Assembly: GCA_963668175.1 (NCBI GenBank)
Contig: OY764159.1
Span: forward strand, 4,025,516-4,089,515
DNA length: 64,000 nt
DNA from: Syntrophales bacterium
GTDB taxonomy: Bacteria; Desulfobacterota; Syntrophia; Syntrophales; PHBD01
Direction: 5' to 3'
The notes under the pieces were generated by a model that worked only from the letters and a program-made list of their open reading frames with translations, searched no databases and had not been told where the DNA came from. The translations under genes and the position numbers were made by a program. Numbering within the stretch: position 1 is the stretch's first letter; every line of letters starts with the position of its first letter. Positions 18,370-28,800 of this stretch are shown piece by piece.

Positions 18370-19296
18370 ATGCATGCGGCGGATGAATGTATGAGCTCCA
18401 GTTATCCCATACAGCTGTCACAGCTTATCAGACCAACGCCGAAAGCCATCCTCGCAGAGGTCCGAAAGATTTTCTGCTATCACTATCCCAGCAAATATTT
18501 CATTGACGTCTATAAGAATTATACGCTTATCAAGCAGCTCTTCGAAGGGAAATTCCCCGGCTACAGGGCGTGCAATACCCATTATCACGATTTCATGCAC
18601 ACGATTACCATCCTGCTCAGCGCAATCCGGCTCGTCGACGGGTTCAATCTCAAGAATGATGCTCTGCCGGTTCATGCAGCCGCGAATCTCCTCAACGCGG
18701 CCCTTTTCCACGACACGGGATACATCCAGGAAGCATGGGACCAAACAGGCACCGGCGCAAAGTACACGTCCACCCACGTAGGCAGGAGTATCGAATTCCT
18801 GACCAAGCACCAGGCTGTTTTTATCATCGATCCGAACCAGTTGGAGAACATCAGCAATATCATTCTGTGTACCGATTTGGGAGTCGACATAGACTCCATT
18901 GCATTTTCCTCGACGGAAGACAGGATGATCGGCTTTATGCTCGCGACATCCGACCTGCTGGCCCAAATGTCCGACCGGGCATACCTGGAAAAGTTGCTTT
19001 TCCTCTATTACGAATTCAAGGACGGGGGAATTGAAGGGTTCGATTTTGAATTCGATATCCTTCGCAAAACGACTGTCTTTTACGAATTCATGAAAAAACG
19101 CCTCACCGAGACATGCGGAAGCGTCTATAACAATGCCCAAATCCATTTCGAAAAGAGATACATGATCGATCAGAACCTCTACATGGAAGCGATAGAACGT
19201 CACATGGTCTATCTTTATAAAATCATCGAGGACGACAGCACCAACTTCCGCCATAAATTGCGGCGGGGCGCCTGGGTACACACCTATCCTGCGTGA
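18370..19296 (+). CDS. HD-domain (metal-dependent phosphohydrolase-like) protein
   Basis: An H...HD...D pattern is present: YHDFMHTITILL, AALFHDTGY and TSDLLAQMSD. The start may be the ATG at 18391 (MSSSYPI). An almost equally long antisense ORF (18418..19350) is judged an artefact. Confidence 0.7.
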   Translation: MHAADECMSSSYPIQLSQLIRPTPKAILAEVRKIFCYHYPSKYFIDVYKNYTLIKQLFEGKFPGYRACNTHYHDFMHTITILLSAIRLVDGFNLKNDALPVHAAANLLNAALFHDTGYIQEAWDQTGTGAKYTSTHVGRSIEFLTKHQAVFIIDPNQLENISNIILCTDLGVDIDSIAFSSTEDRMIGFMLATSDLLAQMSDRAYLEKLLFLYYEFKDGGIEGFDFEFDILRKTTVFYEFMKKRLTETCGSVYNNAQIHFEKRYMIDQNLYMEAIERHMVYLYKIIEDDSTNFRHKLRRGAWVHTYPA

Positions 19297-19399
19297 CGGA
19301 CATACCTGCATACCGCCTGATGCATCCCCCTTGAAAGAACAAGACCTCAACAGAACGGAATCGCCCTATACAATGTCGCATATTTACGGAGAAAAATGA

Positions 19400-19837
19400 A
19401 TGCAGACCCTGGAGAGAGCAATCGCCATCGCGGCAGAGGCCCATGCGGGCCAGATCGATAGAATCGGTGCCCCTTATATCCTGCATCCCTTAAGGCTCAT
19501 GATGAAGATGGACTCGATTGGCGGCATGATCGTCGCCGTGCTTCACGATGTCGTCGAAGACAATATCGCATGGCCCCTGCCGAGATTGCACCAGGAAGGG
19601 TTCGGCCGGGAGATTATCGACGGTGTCGATGCCATGACGCGGAGACAGGACGAGACGTACCCGCAGTACATCCTCAGGGTTGCGGAGAATAGGCTCGCGA
19701 AGGCGGTGAAGATGCATGATCTGGAAGACAATATCAATATCAGAAAATTCATAGAACAGACCGAAGAGGACCGATACAGAATCAGGAAATACGAGAGTGC
19801 CCTGAATACGCTGAAGGCGATGGAAGCAGGCACCTGA
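19400..19837 (+). CDS. small stand-alone HD-domain protein of the RelA/SpoT-hydrolase type
   Basis: 145 aa. AIAIAAEAHAGQIDRIGAPYILHPLRL and VLHDVVED match the (p)ppGpp-hydrolase HD signature. GGAGAA lies upstream. Confidence 0.8.
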   Translation: MQTLERAIAIAAEAHAGQIDRIGAPYILHPLRLMMKMDSIGGMIVAVLHDVVEDNIAWPLPRLHQEGFGREIIDGVDAMTRRQDETYPQYILRVAENRLAKAVKMHDLEDNINIRKFIEQTEEDRYRIRKYESALNTLKAMEAGT

Positions 19838-20127
19838 TGAGGACTTGCCCGTTCAACGTATCAAGCGATACCCTCCAGGCAGATTGTTGCTTGCTTTATC
19901 GGCCACTTTTTTGTGATGAACATAGCCTAATGACTTTCACCGCCTGGGCGTCCGTTCTTCCATATAATACCTCGATTTTCCGTTCATTTGATCAGACTCT
20001 TGTTGTTGCATCGCCCTTCTGATAGAATTTGGACATGATCTTCCGGGCAGGGGCTTCCGGGTTGTCCTCATATGCGGGGCATTGAAGTCATGCCGCGAAC
20101 CATATTACAACGAAAGAGACGACGGCG

Positions 20128-21042
20128 ATGCCCAGTCGGTATCTTTATTCTGCTGATGATATCAAGAAAGCCTATGAGCAGACCGCCGACCACGTCCGGA
20201 CAAGAAATATCATCACACAATATTCCATAAATCAAAGCGATATCAGAGATATAGCTCTTGAGGGCCTTGCTCTGTCATGGGCGAGGCATATCCTGGAATT
20301 GGGTTGCGGCTATGGAGCTTTTACGAATAAACTCGCCGGTCGTCTTCATCATGATGCGGAAATTACCGGAATCGACATGGTCGCCGAAAACGGGCCCCAT
20401 TTTTATGCCGTTGTGGACGCCCTGGGGTATCGCTGCTCGTTCATTCACGGCAACGCATCTCTGATCAAACGCATGGCAACAGACAGCTTCGATCTCGTTA
20501 TTGCGAGTTATTCCCTCTATTTCTTTCCCCAGTTGATAGAGGATATCGCCCGTATTCTCAACCCCGAAGGCGTCTTCGTCGTCATAACCCATTCCCGGCA
20601 CTCGCTCGTCGAGATTCTTGAATTCATTCCCAAGTGTCTGACTAAAATGGGCCTCGGCCGTCCGGGAAGAACCCGCCTGGCCCGCCTATTCGACGTCATC
20701 TCCATGGAAAACGGGCATAGGAAGCTCGCCCTCTATTTCGACAGGATAGAAACCGTCCTCTATAAGAACAGATTGATGTTCTCTCGGGAAGACATCAAGG
20801 ACTGCCTGGACTACATCATGAAAAAAGATACCCTTCTCTTCAAGGATATCGAAGATAAGTATCCTCTGCAAAAAGAAACTATACGCTCACATTTCTACAA
20901 TGACCTGAATCAATACATCATGGAAAAGGGATTCCTGTCCGTGACGAAAGACGATGCTATTTTCCGCTGTTACCATCCTTCAATCAGGCAGCGCAGAAGA
21001 CCGAAGCGAAAGAAGAAACCAGAAGTCGTCTCGAATCAATAG
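20128..21042 (+). CDS. class I SAM-dependent methyltransferase
   Basis: Motif I (ILELGCGYGAF), the post-I acidic residue (ITGIDMV) and LVIASYSLYFF are present. The C-terminal tail is basic (RQRRRPKRKKKPE). Confidence 0.8.
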   Translation: MPSRYLYSADDIKKAYEQTADHVRTRNIITQYSINQSDIRDIALEGLALSWARHILELGCGYGAFTNKLAGRLHHDAEITGIDMVAENGPHFYAVVDALGYRCSFIHGNASLIKRMATDSFDLVIASYSLYFFPQLIEDIARILNPEGVFVVITHSRHSLVEILEFIPKCLTKMGLGRPGRTRLARLFDVISMENGHRKLALYFDRIETVLYKNRLMFSREDIKDCLDYIMKKDTLLFKDIEDKYPLQKETIRSHFYNDLNQYIMEKGFLSVTKDDAIFRCYHPSIRQRRRPKRKKKPEVVSNQ

Positions 21043-21369
21043 TATTAATGAGGACATGCCGGAACGGATTTGTATTACAATATTATCTTCGAATCTTATT
21101 CGATAGTTAAGTTCTATCTCTGCTTTTCATAGTACTTTACTATTTGATGACTTTGGGGTGATACAACTTTTGTGATACAGGCAATATTTTAGTTATCCTC
21201 ATATGTTAACGTGTATGTACGGTCAAAAGATGGGCCACGGACCATGGATGAGCTTGTTATCGTCCCGGGAAATATGATATTGTTTATCATCATTGCCGGA
21301 TGATATTACAATATCGAAATCGCGGCAGCAACGCAACGAACGCAGGACGGCTGCCTGACAGAATGTGAC

Positions 21370-23754
21370 ATGCGGGAAACACTGACAAAAAGTACTTCCG
21401 AAAACCATCGCTACCACATCGGATGGACGGAAGACGCCTATCAAGGATCTTGCATATGTACCTGGCCGGATGGCAGCCGATACGAAGGTCAGATTGAACA
21501 TGAACACTTTCACGGCCAAGGAAAATTCACATGGCCGGACGGCAGCAGTTACGAAGGAGAATGGGAACTTGACCTTCCGCATGGTCAGGGTACATTCACT
21601 TCTGCTGACGGTAAGGAATTATCCGGCGAATGGATCCTTGGTCATGCCGTTAAACCCAAACCCACCGAAGCTGAATTAGCACAACAAAAGGCTGAAGAGG
21701 AAGCCAGGCTAAAGGCCGAAGAAGAGGCACGCCTCAAAGCCGAAGAGGAAGCACGGCTCAAGGCCGAGGAGGAAGCACGGCTCAAAGCCGAAGAGGAAGC
21801 CCGCCTCAAAGCTGAAGAGGAAAGCAGACGCAAGGCCGAAGAAGAGGCACGGCTCAAAGCCGAAGAAGAAGCCAGGCTTAGAGCTGAAGAGGAAGCCAGA
21901 CTCAAGGCTGAAGAAGAGGCACGGCTCAGAGCTGAAGAGGAAGCCAGACTCAAGGCTGAAGAAGAGGCACGGCTCAGAGCTGAAGAGGAAGCCAGACTCA
22001 AGGCCGAGGAAGATGCCCGCCTCAGAGCCGAAGAGGAAGCCCGCCTCAAAGCTGAAGAGGAAAGCAGACGCAAGGCCGAAGAAGAGGCACGGCTCAAAGC
22101 CGAAGAAGAAGCCAGGCTTAGAGCTGAAGAGGAAGCCAGGCTCAAGGCCGAAGAAGATGCCCGCCTCAGAGCTGAAGAGGAAGCCAGGCTCAAGGCCGAA
22201 GAAGATGCCCGCCTCAGAGCTGAAGAGGAAGCCAGACTCAAGGCCGAGGAAGATGCCCGCCTCAAAGCCGAAGAAGAAGCCCGCCTCAAAGCTGAAGAAG
22301 AAGCCCGCCTCAAAGCTGAAGAAGAGGCACGGCTCAAAGCCGAAGAAGAAGCCCGCCTCAAAGCTGAAGAAGAGGCACGGCTCAAAGCCGAAGAAGAAGC
22401 CCGCCTCAGAGCTGAAGAGGAAGCCAGGCTCAAAGCCGAGGAAGAAGCGCGACTCAGGGCTGAAGAGGAAGCCAGACTCAAGGCCGAAGAAGAAGCCCGC
22501 CTCAGAGCTGAAGAGGAAGCCAGACTCAAAGCCGAAGAAGAAGCCCGCCTCAGAGCTGAAGAGGAAGCCAGACTCAAAGCCGAAGAAGAAGCCCGAATCA
22601 AGGCTGAAGAGGAAGCCGGACGCAAGGCCGAAGAAGAAGCCCGAATCAAGGCTGAAGAGGAAGCCGGACGCAAGGCCGAAGAAGAAGCGCGAACCAAGGC
22701 TGAAGAGGAAGCCAGACGCGAGGCCGAGGAGGAGGCACGGTTCAAAGCTGAAGAGGAAGCCAGACGCAAGGCCGAAGAAGAAGCCCGCCTCAGAGCTGAA
22801 GAGGAAGCCAGACGCGAGGCCGAGGAGGAGGCACGGCTCAAAGCCGAAGAGGAAGCCAGACGCAAAGCCGAAGAAGAAGCCCGACTCAGAGCTGAAGAGG
22901 AAGCCAGACGCGAGGCCGAGGAGGAGGCACGGCTCAAAGCCGAAGAGGAAGCCAGACGCAAAGCCGAAGAAGAAGCCCGACTCAAGGCCGAAGAAGAGGT
23001 ACGGCTCAAAGCCGAAGAAAAAGCCAGACTCAAGGCCGAGGAGGAAGCCCGAATCAAGGCTGAAGAAAAGGCACAGACTAAGACAGAGGAACAACCCCCT
23101 TCCGAAGACCAGGCAGCCATGATGCCCGGTCAGGGTTCTATCAATCTACCAGACGGCAGCAGATATATTGGAGAACTGAAAAAAGGAAATCCCCACGGTC
23201 AGGGCATCATGACCTACCCAACTGGTGAGAGATACCTCGGTGATTGGAAAAATGGACGGAGAGACGGTCAAGGCAGCCTGATTTTACCCGACGGCTCAAC
23301 CTATACAGGCCGCTGGAAAAAAGACAAAAGAGACGGCGAAGGCACCATGACCTTTGCAGACGGCAAGAAATACATTGGAGAATGGGGCGACGATCAATAC
23401 AATGGGACAGGCACAGAAACAACCGTCGATGGTAAAAAGTATGAAGGTCAATTCCAGGACGGAAAGTACCATGGTGAAGGAACCCTGACCCTCCCGGATG
23501 GCAAGAAATACGTGGGACAATTCCTTAACGGTTTTTCAAACGGCAAAGGAGTACTGGCTTTTAACGAAGGCCGTTACGAAGGAGAGTTCTTAAACAACAA
23601 ATACCATGGTTACGGGACTCTGACTATGAAAGACGGCAGACGATATACCGGTTTTCTGGAAAATGGTCTGCCGCATGGACAGGGCACCATGCTTCTAGCC
23701 AACGGCAAGAAATATATAGGGGAATTTATTAACGGCCGTTTCGTTGAGAAATAA
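21370..23754 (+). CDS. MORN-repeat protein with a ~465-aa central (AEEEARLK)n charged-helix repeat
   Basis: 794 aa. There are about 3 MORN units at the N-terminus ([22 protein letters not shown]...) and 8-9 at the C-terminus ([23 protein letters not shown]...). About 58 octads lie between them. No signal peptide or TM segment is visible. Confidence 0.85.
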   Translation: MRETLTKSTSENHRYHIGWTEDAYQGSCICTWPDGSRYEGQIEHEHFHGQGKFTWPDGSSYEGEWELDLPHGQGTFTSADGKELSGEWILGHAVKPKPTEAELAQQKAEEEARLKAEEEARLKAEEEARLKAEEEARLKAEEEARLKAEEESRRKAEEEARLKAEEEARLRAEEEARLKAEEEARLRAEEEARLKAEEEARLRAEEEARLKAEEDARLRAEEEARLKAEEESRRKAEEEARLKAEEEARLRAEEEARLKAEEDARLRAEEEARLKAEEDARLRAEEEARLKAEEDARLKAEEEARLKAEEEARLKAEEEARLKAEEEARLKAEEEARLKAEEEARLRAEEEARLKAEEEARLRAEEEARLKAEEEARLRAEEEARLKAEEEARLRAEEEARLKAEEEARIKAEEEAGRKAEEEARIKAEEEAGRKAEEEARTKAEEEARREAEEEARFKAEEEARRKAEEEARLRAEEEARREAEEEARLKAEEEARRKAEEEARLRAEEEARREAEEEARLKAEEEARRKAEEEARLKAEEEVRLKAEEKARLKAEEEARIKAEEKAQTKTEEQPPSEDQAAMMPGQGSINLPDGSRYIGELKKGNPHGQGIMTYPTGERYLGDWKNGRRDGQGSLILPDGSTYTGRWKKDKRDGEGTMTFADGKKYIGEWGDDQYNGTGTETTVDGKKYEGQFQDGKYHGEGTLTLPDGKKYVGQFLNGFSNGKGVLAFNEGRYEGEFLNNKYHGYGTLTMKDGRRYTGFLENGLPHGQGTMLLANGKKYIGEFINGRFVEK
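21691..23090 (+). repeat. in-frame tandem repeat: 24-bp unit with 48/96/240-bp higher-order copies
   Basis: The unit gcYgaagaRgaagcccgcctcaRa is iterated about 58 times. Positions 21787-21899 are identical to 22027-22139. 48-bp units recur at 22594/22642 and 96-bp units at 22801/22897. Confidence 0.95.
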
Positions 23755-23975
23755 CCGACCTAAGTCCGTTGAAGTCGATATTGGATCAGAACATATTAAA
23801 GGGCTGCTGTAAGAAACCCGCCTAATATGATACTGCGAGACCGTCACGAGGTTTGATTTGATGACGTCGTCACAAAGCAGATTGAATACCGGGCAAACAA
23901 GCGGCATTTCGACTATCTCTGGGCGGAAACCGCGCTGACTCAACTACAGCCCATCTTTATCCGGATAATCGCCGC

Positions 23976-24560
23976 ATGAGAGACCAGTTAAAACAGATCA
24001 TACAGAACGAAGAAAAACGGAGCCTCGTTAATTTCGAATGGTCCGACAACCTCTACGAAGGGGAAGGATACTGCACATTGCCCGACGGAGGAACATATAA
24101 CGGACAATGGAAGGAAGGCCATTTTGAAGGGACGGGCACATATACTTGGGCCGACGGGACGAAATACGAAGGCGAGTGGCGTAACAACCTGCCTGAAGGT
24201 ATGGGTATCATGACACTCCCTGATTCAAGTCGTTATGACGGGGAATGGAAGGAGGGCTACGCTGAAGGGGAAGGAACGGAGACCCATCCGGACGGATCGG
24301 TTTACAAGGGCTCATGGAAAAGGGGAGCCAAGGACGGCTCCGGTCACATGACCTATTCCGACGGCAAACAATATACCGGGGAATGGAAGGATGACAAGTG
24401 CCACGGGCAAGGAACCCTGATCTTCACCGACGGTTCCAGCTACAAGGGGGAATGGCAGGACAACAACATCACGGGACGGGGTACGCTCACATTCTCCGAC
24501 GGGAAGAAATATCTCGGGGAATGGAAAGACGACGAGTTTGACGTCATCGAAATCTTATGA
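23976..24560 (+). CDS. MORN-repeat protein (MORN-only, ~7 repeats)
   Basis: 194 aa made of consecutive Yx-GxW-xGxxxGxGxxxxxDG units (YNGQWKEGHFEGTGTYTWADGTK, YEGEWRNNLPEGMGIMTLPDSSR, and so on). Confidence 0.85.
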   Translation: MRDQLKQIIQNEEKRSLVNFEWSDNLYEGEGYCTLPDGGTYNGQWKEGHFEGTGTYTWADGTKYEGEWRNNLPEGMGIMTLPDSSRYDGEWKEGYAEGEGTETHPDGSVYKGSWKRGAKDGSGHMTYSDGKQYTGEWKDDKCHGQGTLIFTDGSSYKGEWQDNNITGRGTLTFSDGKKYLGEWKDDEFDVIEIL

Positions 24561-24607
24561 TCGCTTTCCCTGTTCCGCTCGACGTTACGTTATCCTCAAC
24601 TGGACAG

Positions 24608-24635
24608 GCTCGGGCTCATTCCCGGGCTTTTTGTT
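24608..24635 (+). terminator. Rho-independent terminator after the second MORN gene
   Basis: GCTCGGG ctcatt CCCGGGC forms a 7-bp stem with one G-U pair, followed by TTTTTGTT. Confidence 0.6.
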
Positions 24636-24643
24636 CCATCCTT

Positions 24644-25842
<1,199 letters not shown>

Positions 25843-25846
<4 letters not shown>

Positions 25847-26352
25847 TTGACTCCGTTTTTAGAATATTTTTCCTTTAATCTTGTCTCCACGATATCCGGT
25901 ACCAGGCCTTTTACCGTTCCCCCAAGACTGGCCGCTTCCTTTATGAGATTGGAACTTGTGTAGAACCACTTATAACCGGTCATCAGGAAGGTCGTTTCAA
26001 CATCCCGGTTAAGGCGCCGGTTTATTAAAGCCATCTGAAATTCATATTCAAAATCGGATACGGCCCGCAACCCTCTTAGGATTACATTAGAACCCGATTT
26101 CCTCGCATAGTCAACCAGAAGTCCATCAAAACAGTCAATCTTAATCCTGTCGCCTCCTTTGATATTTTCGCTTTTGATGACCTCTTCAATCAATTTCATT
26201 CTTTCTTCGACGGAAAAGAGCGACGTTTTGTTGGGGTTGTATGCCACCAAAACGATGAGGCCTTCGAAGATCCGGAGACCTCTTTCAATGATGTCGACAT
26301 GACCATTCGTAATAGGATCGAAAGAACCGGCGTAGACAGCAGTATTTTTCAT
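25843..26352 (-). CDS. coaD: phosphopantetheine adenylyltransferase
   Basis: 169 aa with the signature AVYAGSFDPITNGHVDII. Confidence 0.95.
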
Positions 26353-26371
26353 GAGTGCGGGGAATCTCCTT

Positions 26372-26926
26372 TCAGGAATATCTTATAAAAGATAAGACCG
26401 TATCGCCATATCTCCTTTCATCCGTCATCATCAGCCGGTTATCCCGAAATGCGTCCGCAAGATTTTCTCTCGACGAATGCTGAACAATCACCAAAGCATC
26501 TTCCGCCAAGATGTGACAGTCTTTCAGGAACTCCAGCGTCTGCAAAGCAAGCCCCCGTTCATAGGGGGGATCGGCAAACAGGATTTCGTAAGTATCGTTC
26601 CGCCGGGAAAGCCTGTCAATACCCCGTTTGACCTCATCCGCGACGACTTCGGCCAATTCAAAAAAACCGCAAGTCCTTATATTTTCTCTTATAGCATGAA
26701 CCATCGCAGGGTTCTTTTCCACGAATACGGCCTTTCGAGCCCCCCTGCTTAACGCTTCCAAGCCGACACATCCTGCACCGGCATAGAGATCGAGAAAACA
26801 TTTCCCCTCTACCGGTTGAATGATATTAAAAAGCGCTTCCTTAATCTTGTCAGAGGTAGGCCTGACCGGATGTCCTTTCGGCAAATACAGCCGCCTGCCC
26901 TTGGCCTGGCCCCCCGTTATTCTCAT
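26372..26926 (-). CDS. rsmD: 16S rRNA (guanine966-N2)-methyltransferase
   Basis: MRITGGQAKGRRL, RPTSDKIKEALFNI and the DPPY motif are present. The start is moved to the ATG at 26926, which overlaps the asd stop (ATGA). The 27-codon upstream extension in the ORF track lies inside asd. Confidence 0.9.
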   Translation of the reverse strand: MRITGGQAKGRRLYLPKGHPVRPTSDKIKEALFNIIQPVEGKCFLDLYAGAGCVGLEALSRGARKAVFVEKNPAMVHAIRENIRTCGFFELAEVVADEVKRGIDRLSRRNDTYEILFADPPYERGLALQTLEFLKDCHILAEDALVIVQHSSRENLADAFRDNRLMMTDERRYGDTVLSFIRYS

Positions 26927-27936
26927 AGGTATTTCTTGATCAGAATTTCCGCAATCTGGACGGCGTTCAAGGCCGCACCTTTTCTGATGTTGTCCGAGAC
27001 GACCCACATATTGATGCCGTTGGGTATCGATTCATCCTCCCTGATCCGTCCGACAAAGGTATCGTCCTTGCCGGCGGCATGGATGGCAAGGGGATAGGCC
27101 TTCTCCTGCGGATTGTCGATCACGGTGACGCCGGGGGCCTTTGCCAGAAGGCGCTTCACTTCATCGGCGCTGATTTTCTTCTCCGTCTCGATGTTGACGG
27201 ACTCGGAATGACTGTAAAATACAGGGACTCGCACCGTGGTCGCCGTCACGGCAATAGACGGGTCCATGATTTTCTTGGTTTCATTGACCATCTTCATCTC
27301 TTCTTTTGTGTAGCCGTTGTCGATAAATACATCGATCTGGGGCAGGCAGTTGAAGGCTATCTGATGGGGATAGACCTTGACCTGGGGCTCCCTGTTGCTC
27401 ATAATGGCCAGTACCTGCTTCTCGAGTTCATCGATGGCTTTCTTACCGGTTCCCGAAACAGCCTGATAAGTCGATACGACGATTCTTTTTATCCGGACGG
27501 CGTCGTGAATCGGCTTCAAGGCGACGACCATCTGAATGGTCGAGCAGTTTGGATTGGCTATGATACCTTTGTTTTTATACATTGCAATCGCTTCCGGATT
27601 GACTTCCGGGACAACCAGGGGAATATCCGGGACCATCCGGAAAGCACTCGTATTGTCAACGACTACACACCCGGCTTTTGCGGCTATCGGTGCAAATTTC
27701 TCGCTGATGCTTCCGCCCGCGGAAAACAGACCGATTTGAACTCCGGCGAATGAATCCTCTTTCAGCACTTCAACCGGATATTCCTTTCCCCGGAATTCGA
27801 GTTTAATCCCCAGCGAACGTTCGGACGCGAGCAATTTAAGACTCCCGACAGGGAAATCCCTCTGTTCCAGAGTCTTGATCATTTCGTTCCCGACAGCACC
27901 AGTTGCGCCCACAACCGCTACGTTAAACTTCCTCAT
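26923..27936 (-). CDS. asd: aspartate-semialdehyde dehydrogenase
   Basis: VAVVGATGAVG and the active-site region NPNCSTI are present. 337 aa, with a GGAGAG RBS. Confidence 0.95.
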   Translation of the reverse strand: MRKFNVAVVGATGAVGNEMIKTLEQRDFPVGSLKLLASERSLGIKLEFRGKEYPVEVLKEDSFAGVQIGLFSAGGSISEKFAPIAAKAGCVVVDNTSAFRMVPDIPLVVPEVNPEAIAMYKNKGIIANPNCSTIQMVVALKPIHDAVRIKRIVVSTYQAVSGTGKKAIDELEKQVLAIMSNREPQVKVYPHQIAFNCLPQIDVFIDNGYTKEEMKMVNETKKIMDPSIAVTATTVRVPVFYSHSESVNIETEKKISADEVKRLLAKAPGVTVIDNPQEKAYPLAIHAAGKDDTFVGRIREDESIPNGINMWVVSDNIRKGAALNAVQIAEILIKKYL

Positions 27937-28023
27937 TGCTTCTCTCCATTTCGTTCAAATTAAAAGGTGCAACAGCAACCCAGGCTGCGGCACCCGAATT
28001 CACACATTTTCTTCTATGAGATG

Positions 28024-28800
28024 TTAGTGATGATTCCGATAGTGCGCCGCTCTCGCATTGGCCTCGGTGATCAACTTCCTGGCGATCTTATAGACCAGCC
28101 AGACCGGTCCCGATAAACTATATCCGACAAAAAAAGTAAAGATCGTAATTTCCGGCTCCATGATGACGATGATCAGTATAACAATAATGGCTACCAACGC
28201 CCGAAACGGTTTCCGGGCAAAGAAATTAAGATCCTTAAAGCTGTAATACTTGATACTGCTGACCATAAAGAGGGACAGCATGGCCACCGCTACCAGCATC
28301 ACCGGATGATTGAAGGTCCCATCCCCATGGAGATGATGGAAGAGAACCATAGTCGCGATCACGGAAGCGGCACCCGGTATCGGAAGACCGTTGAACACCT
28401 TGCTTTCGATAATGCCGATCTGGATATTGAATCTGGCCAGGCGCAACGCCCCGCATGTCACAAAGAGGAATGCCGCCCCCCAACCCCATTTCCCAAAGGG
28501 AGCCAAAGCCCACGTATAGGCAAGTATGGCCGGGGCGACACCGAAAGCCACCAGATCTGACAAAGAATCGAATTCCGCACCGAACTTGCTCGCTGTATTG
28601 GTTATGCGGGCAATTCTCCCATCGAGGCCGTCGAGGACAAGGGCGACCAAAATGGCTATGGCCGCGACGTAATACTGGCCTTTCATCGAGCTGATAATGG
28701 AATAAAAACCGCTGAAGAGGCTTGCGGCCGTGAAGAGATTGGGAAGAACATAAATTCCCTTCTTCATCCCGTCTTTCGTCAATCGATGCTGCTTGTTCAT
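28024..28800 (-). CDS. pssA: CDP-diacylglycerol--serine O-phosphatidyltransferase
   Basis: It carries the CDP-alcohol phosphatidyltransferase motif DGLDGRIARITNTASKFGAEFDSLSDLV and is a polytopic membrane protein. Confidence 0.9.
   Translation of the reverse strand: MNKQHRLTKDGMKKGIYVLPNLFTAASLFSGFYSIISSMKGQYYVAAIAILVALVLDGLDGRIARITNTASKFGAEFDSLSDLVAFGVAPAILAYTWALAPFGKWGWGAAFLFVTCGALRLARFNIQIGIIESKVFNGLPIPGAASVIATMVLFHHLHGDGTFNHPVMLVAVAMLSLFMVSSIKYYSFKDLNFFARKPFRALVAIIVILIIVIMEPEITIFTFFVGYSLSGPVWLVYKIARKLITEANARAAHYRNHH

Noticed and set aside
18418-19350. A 310-aa minus-strand ORF almost exactly mirroring the 308-aa HD-domain gene.
   Set aside because: The plus-strand product carries an H..HD..D phosphohydrolase pattern and natural composition. 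The minus-strand product is rich in V, D, E, G and R and has no motif. I note it because a fully open antisense frame is less expected in this lower-GC gene; codon-usage scoring would settle it.
19837-20022. A 61-aa Cys-rich ORF whose ATG overlaps the stop codon of the HD hydrolase (TGATG).
   Set aside because: The overlap is suggestive of coupling. However, the sequence has no motif, is short, and the region also has to hold the promoter of the methyltransferase gene. Evidence is insufficient.
21691-23090. Regular short repeats that could be mistaken for a CRISPR array or a non-coding satellite.
   Set aside because: The units are 24 bp and contiguous, with no unique spacers. They are perfectly in frame with flanking MORN-coding sequence and encode a consistent octad, so this is a coding tandem repeat.
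21642-23122. Three further long ORFs across the repeat: 21642..23120 minus (492 aa), 21709..23094 minus (461 aa) and 22013..23122 plus (369 aa).
   Set aside because: Their products are monotonous (SSSALS..., GFLFS..., KPKKKP...). The frames are open only because the purine-rich repeat and its complement cannot form stop codons. None has a start context or flanking non-repeat coding sequence.
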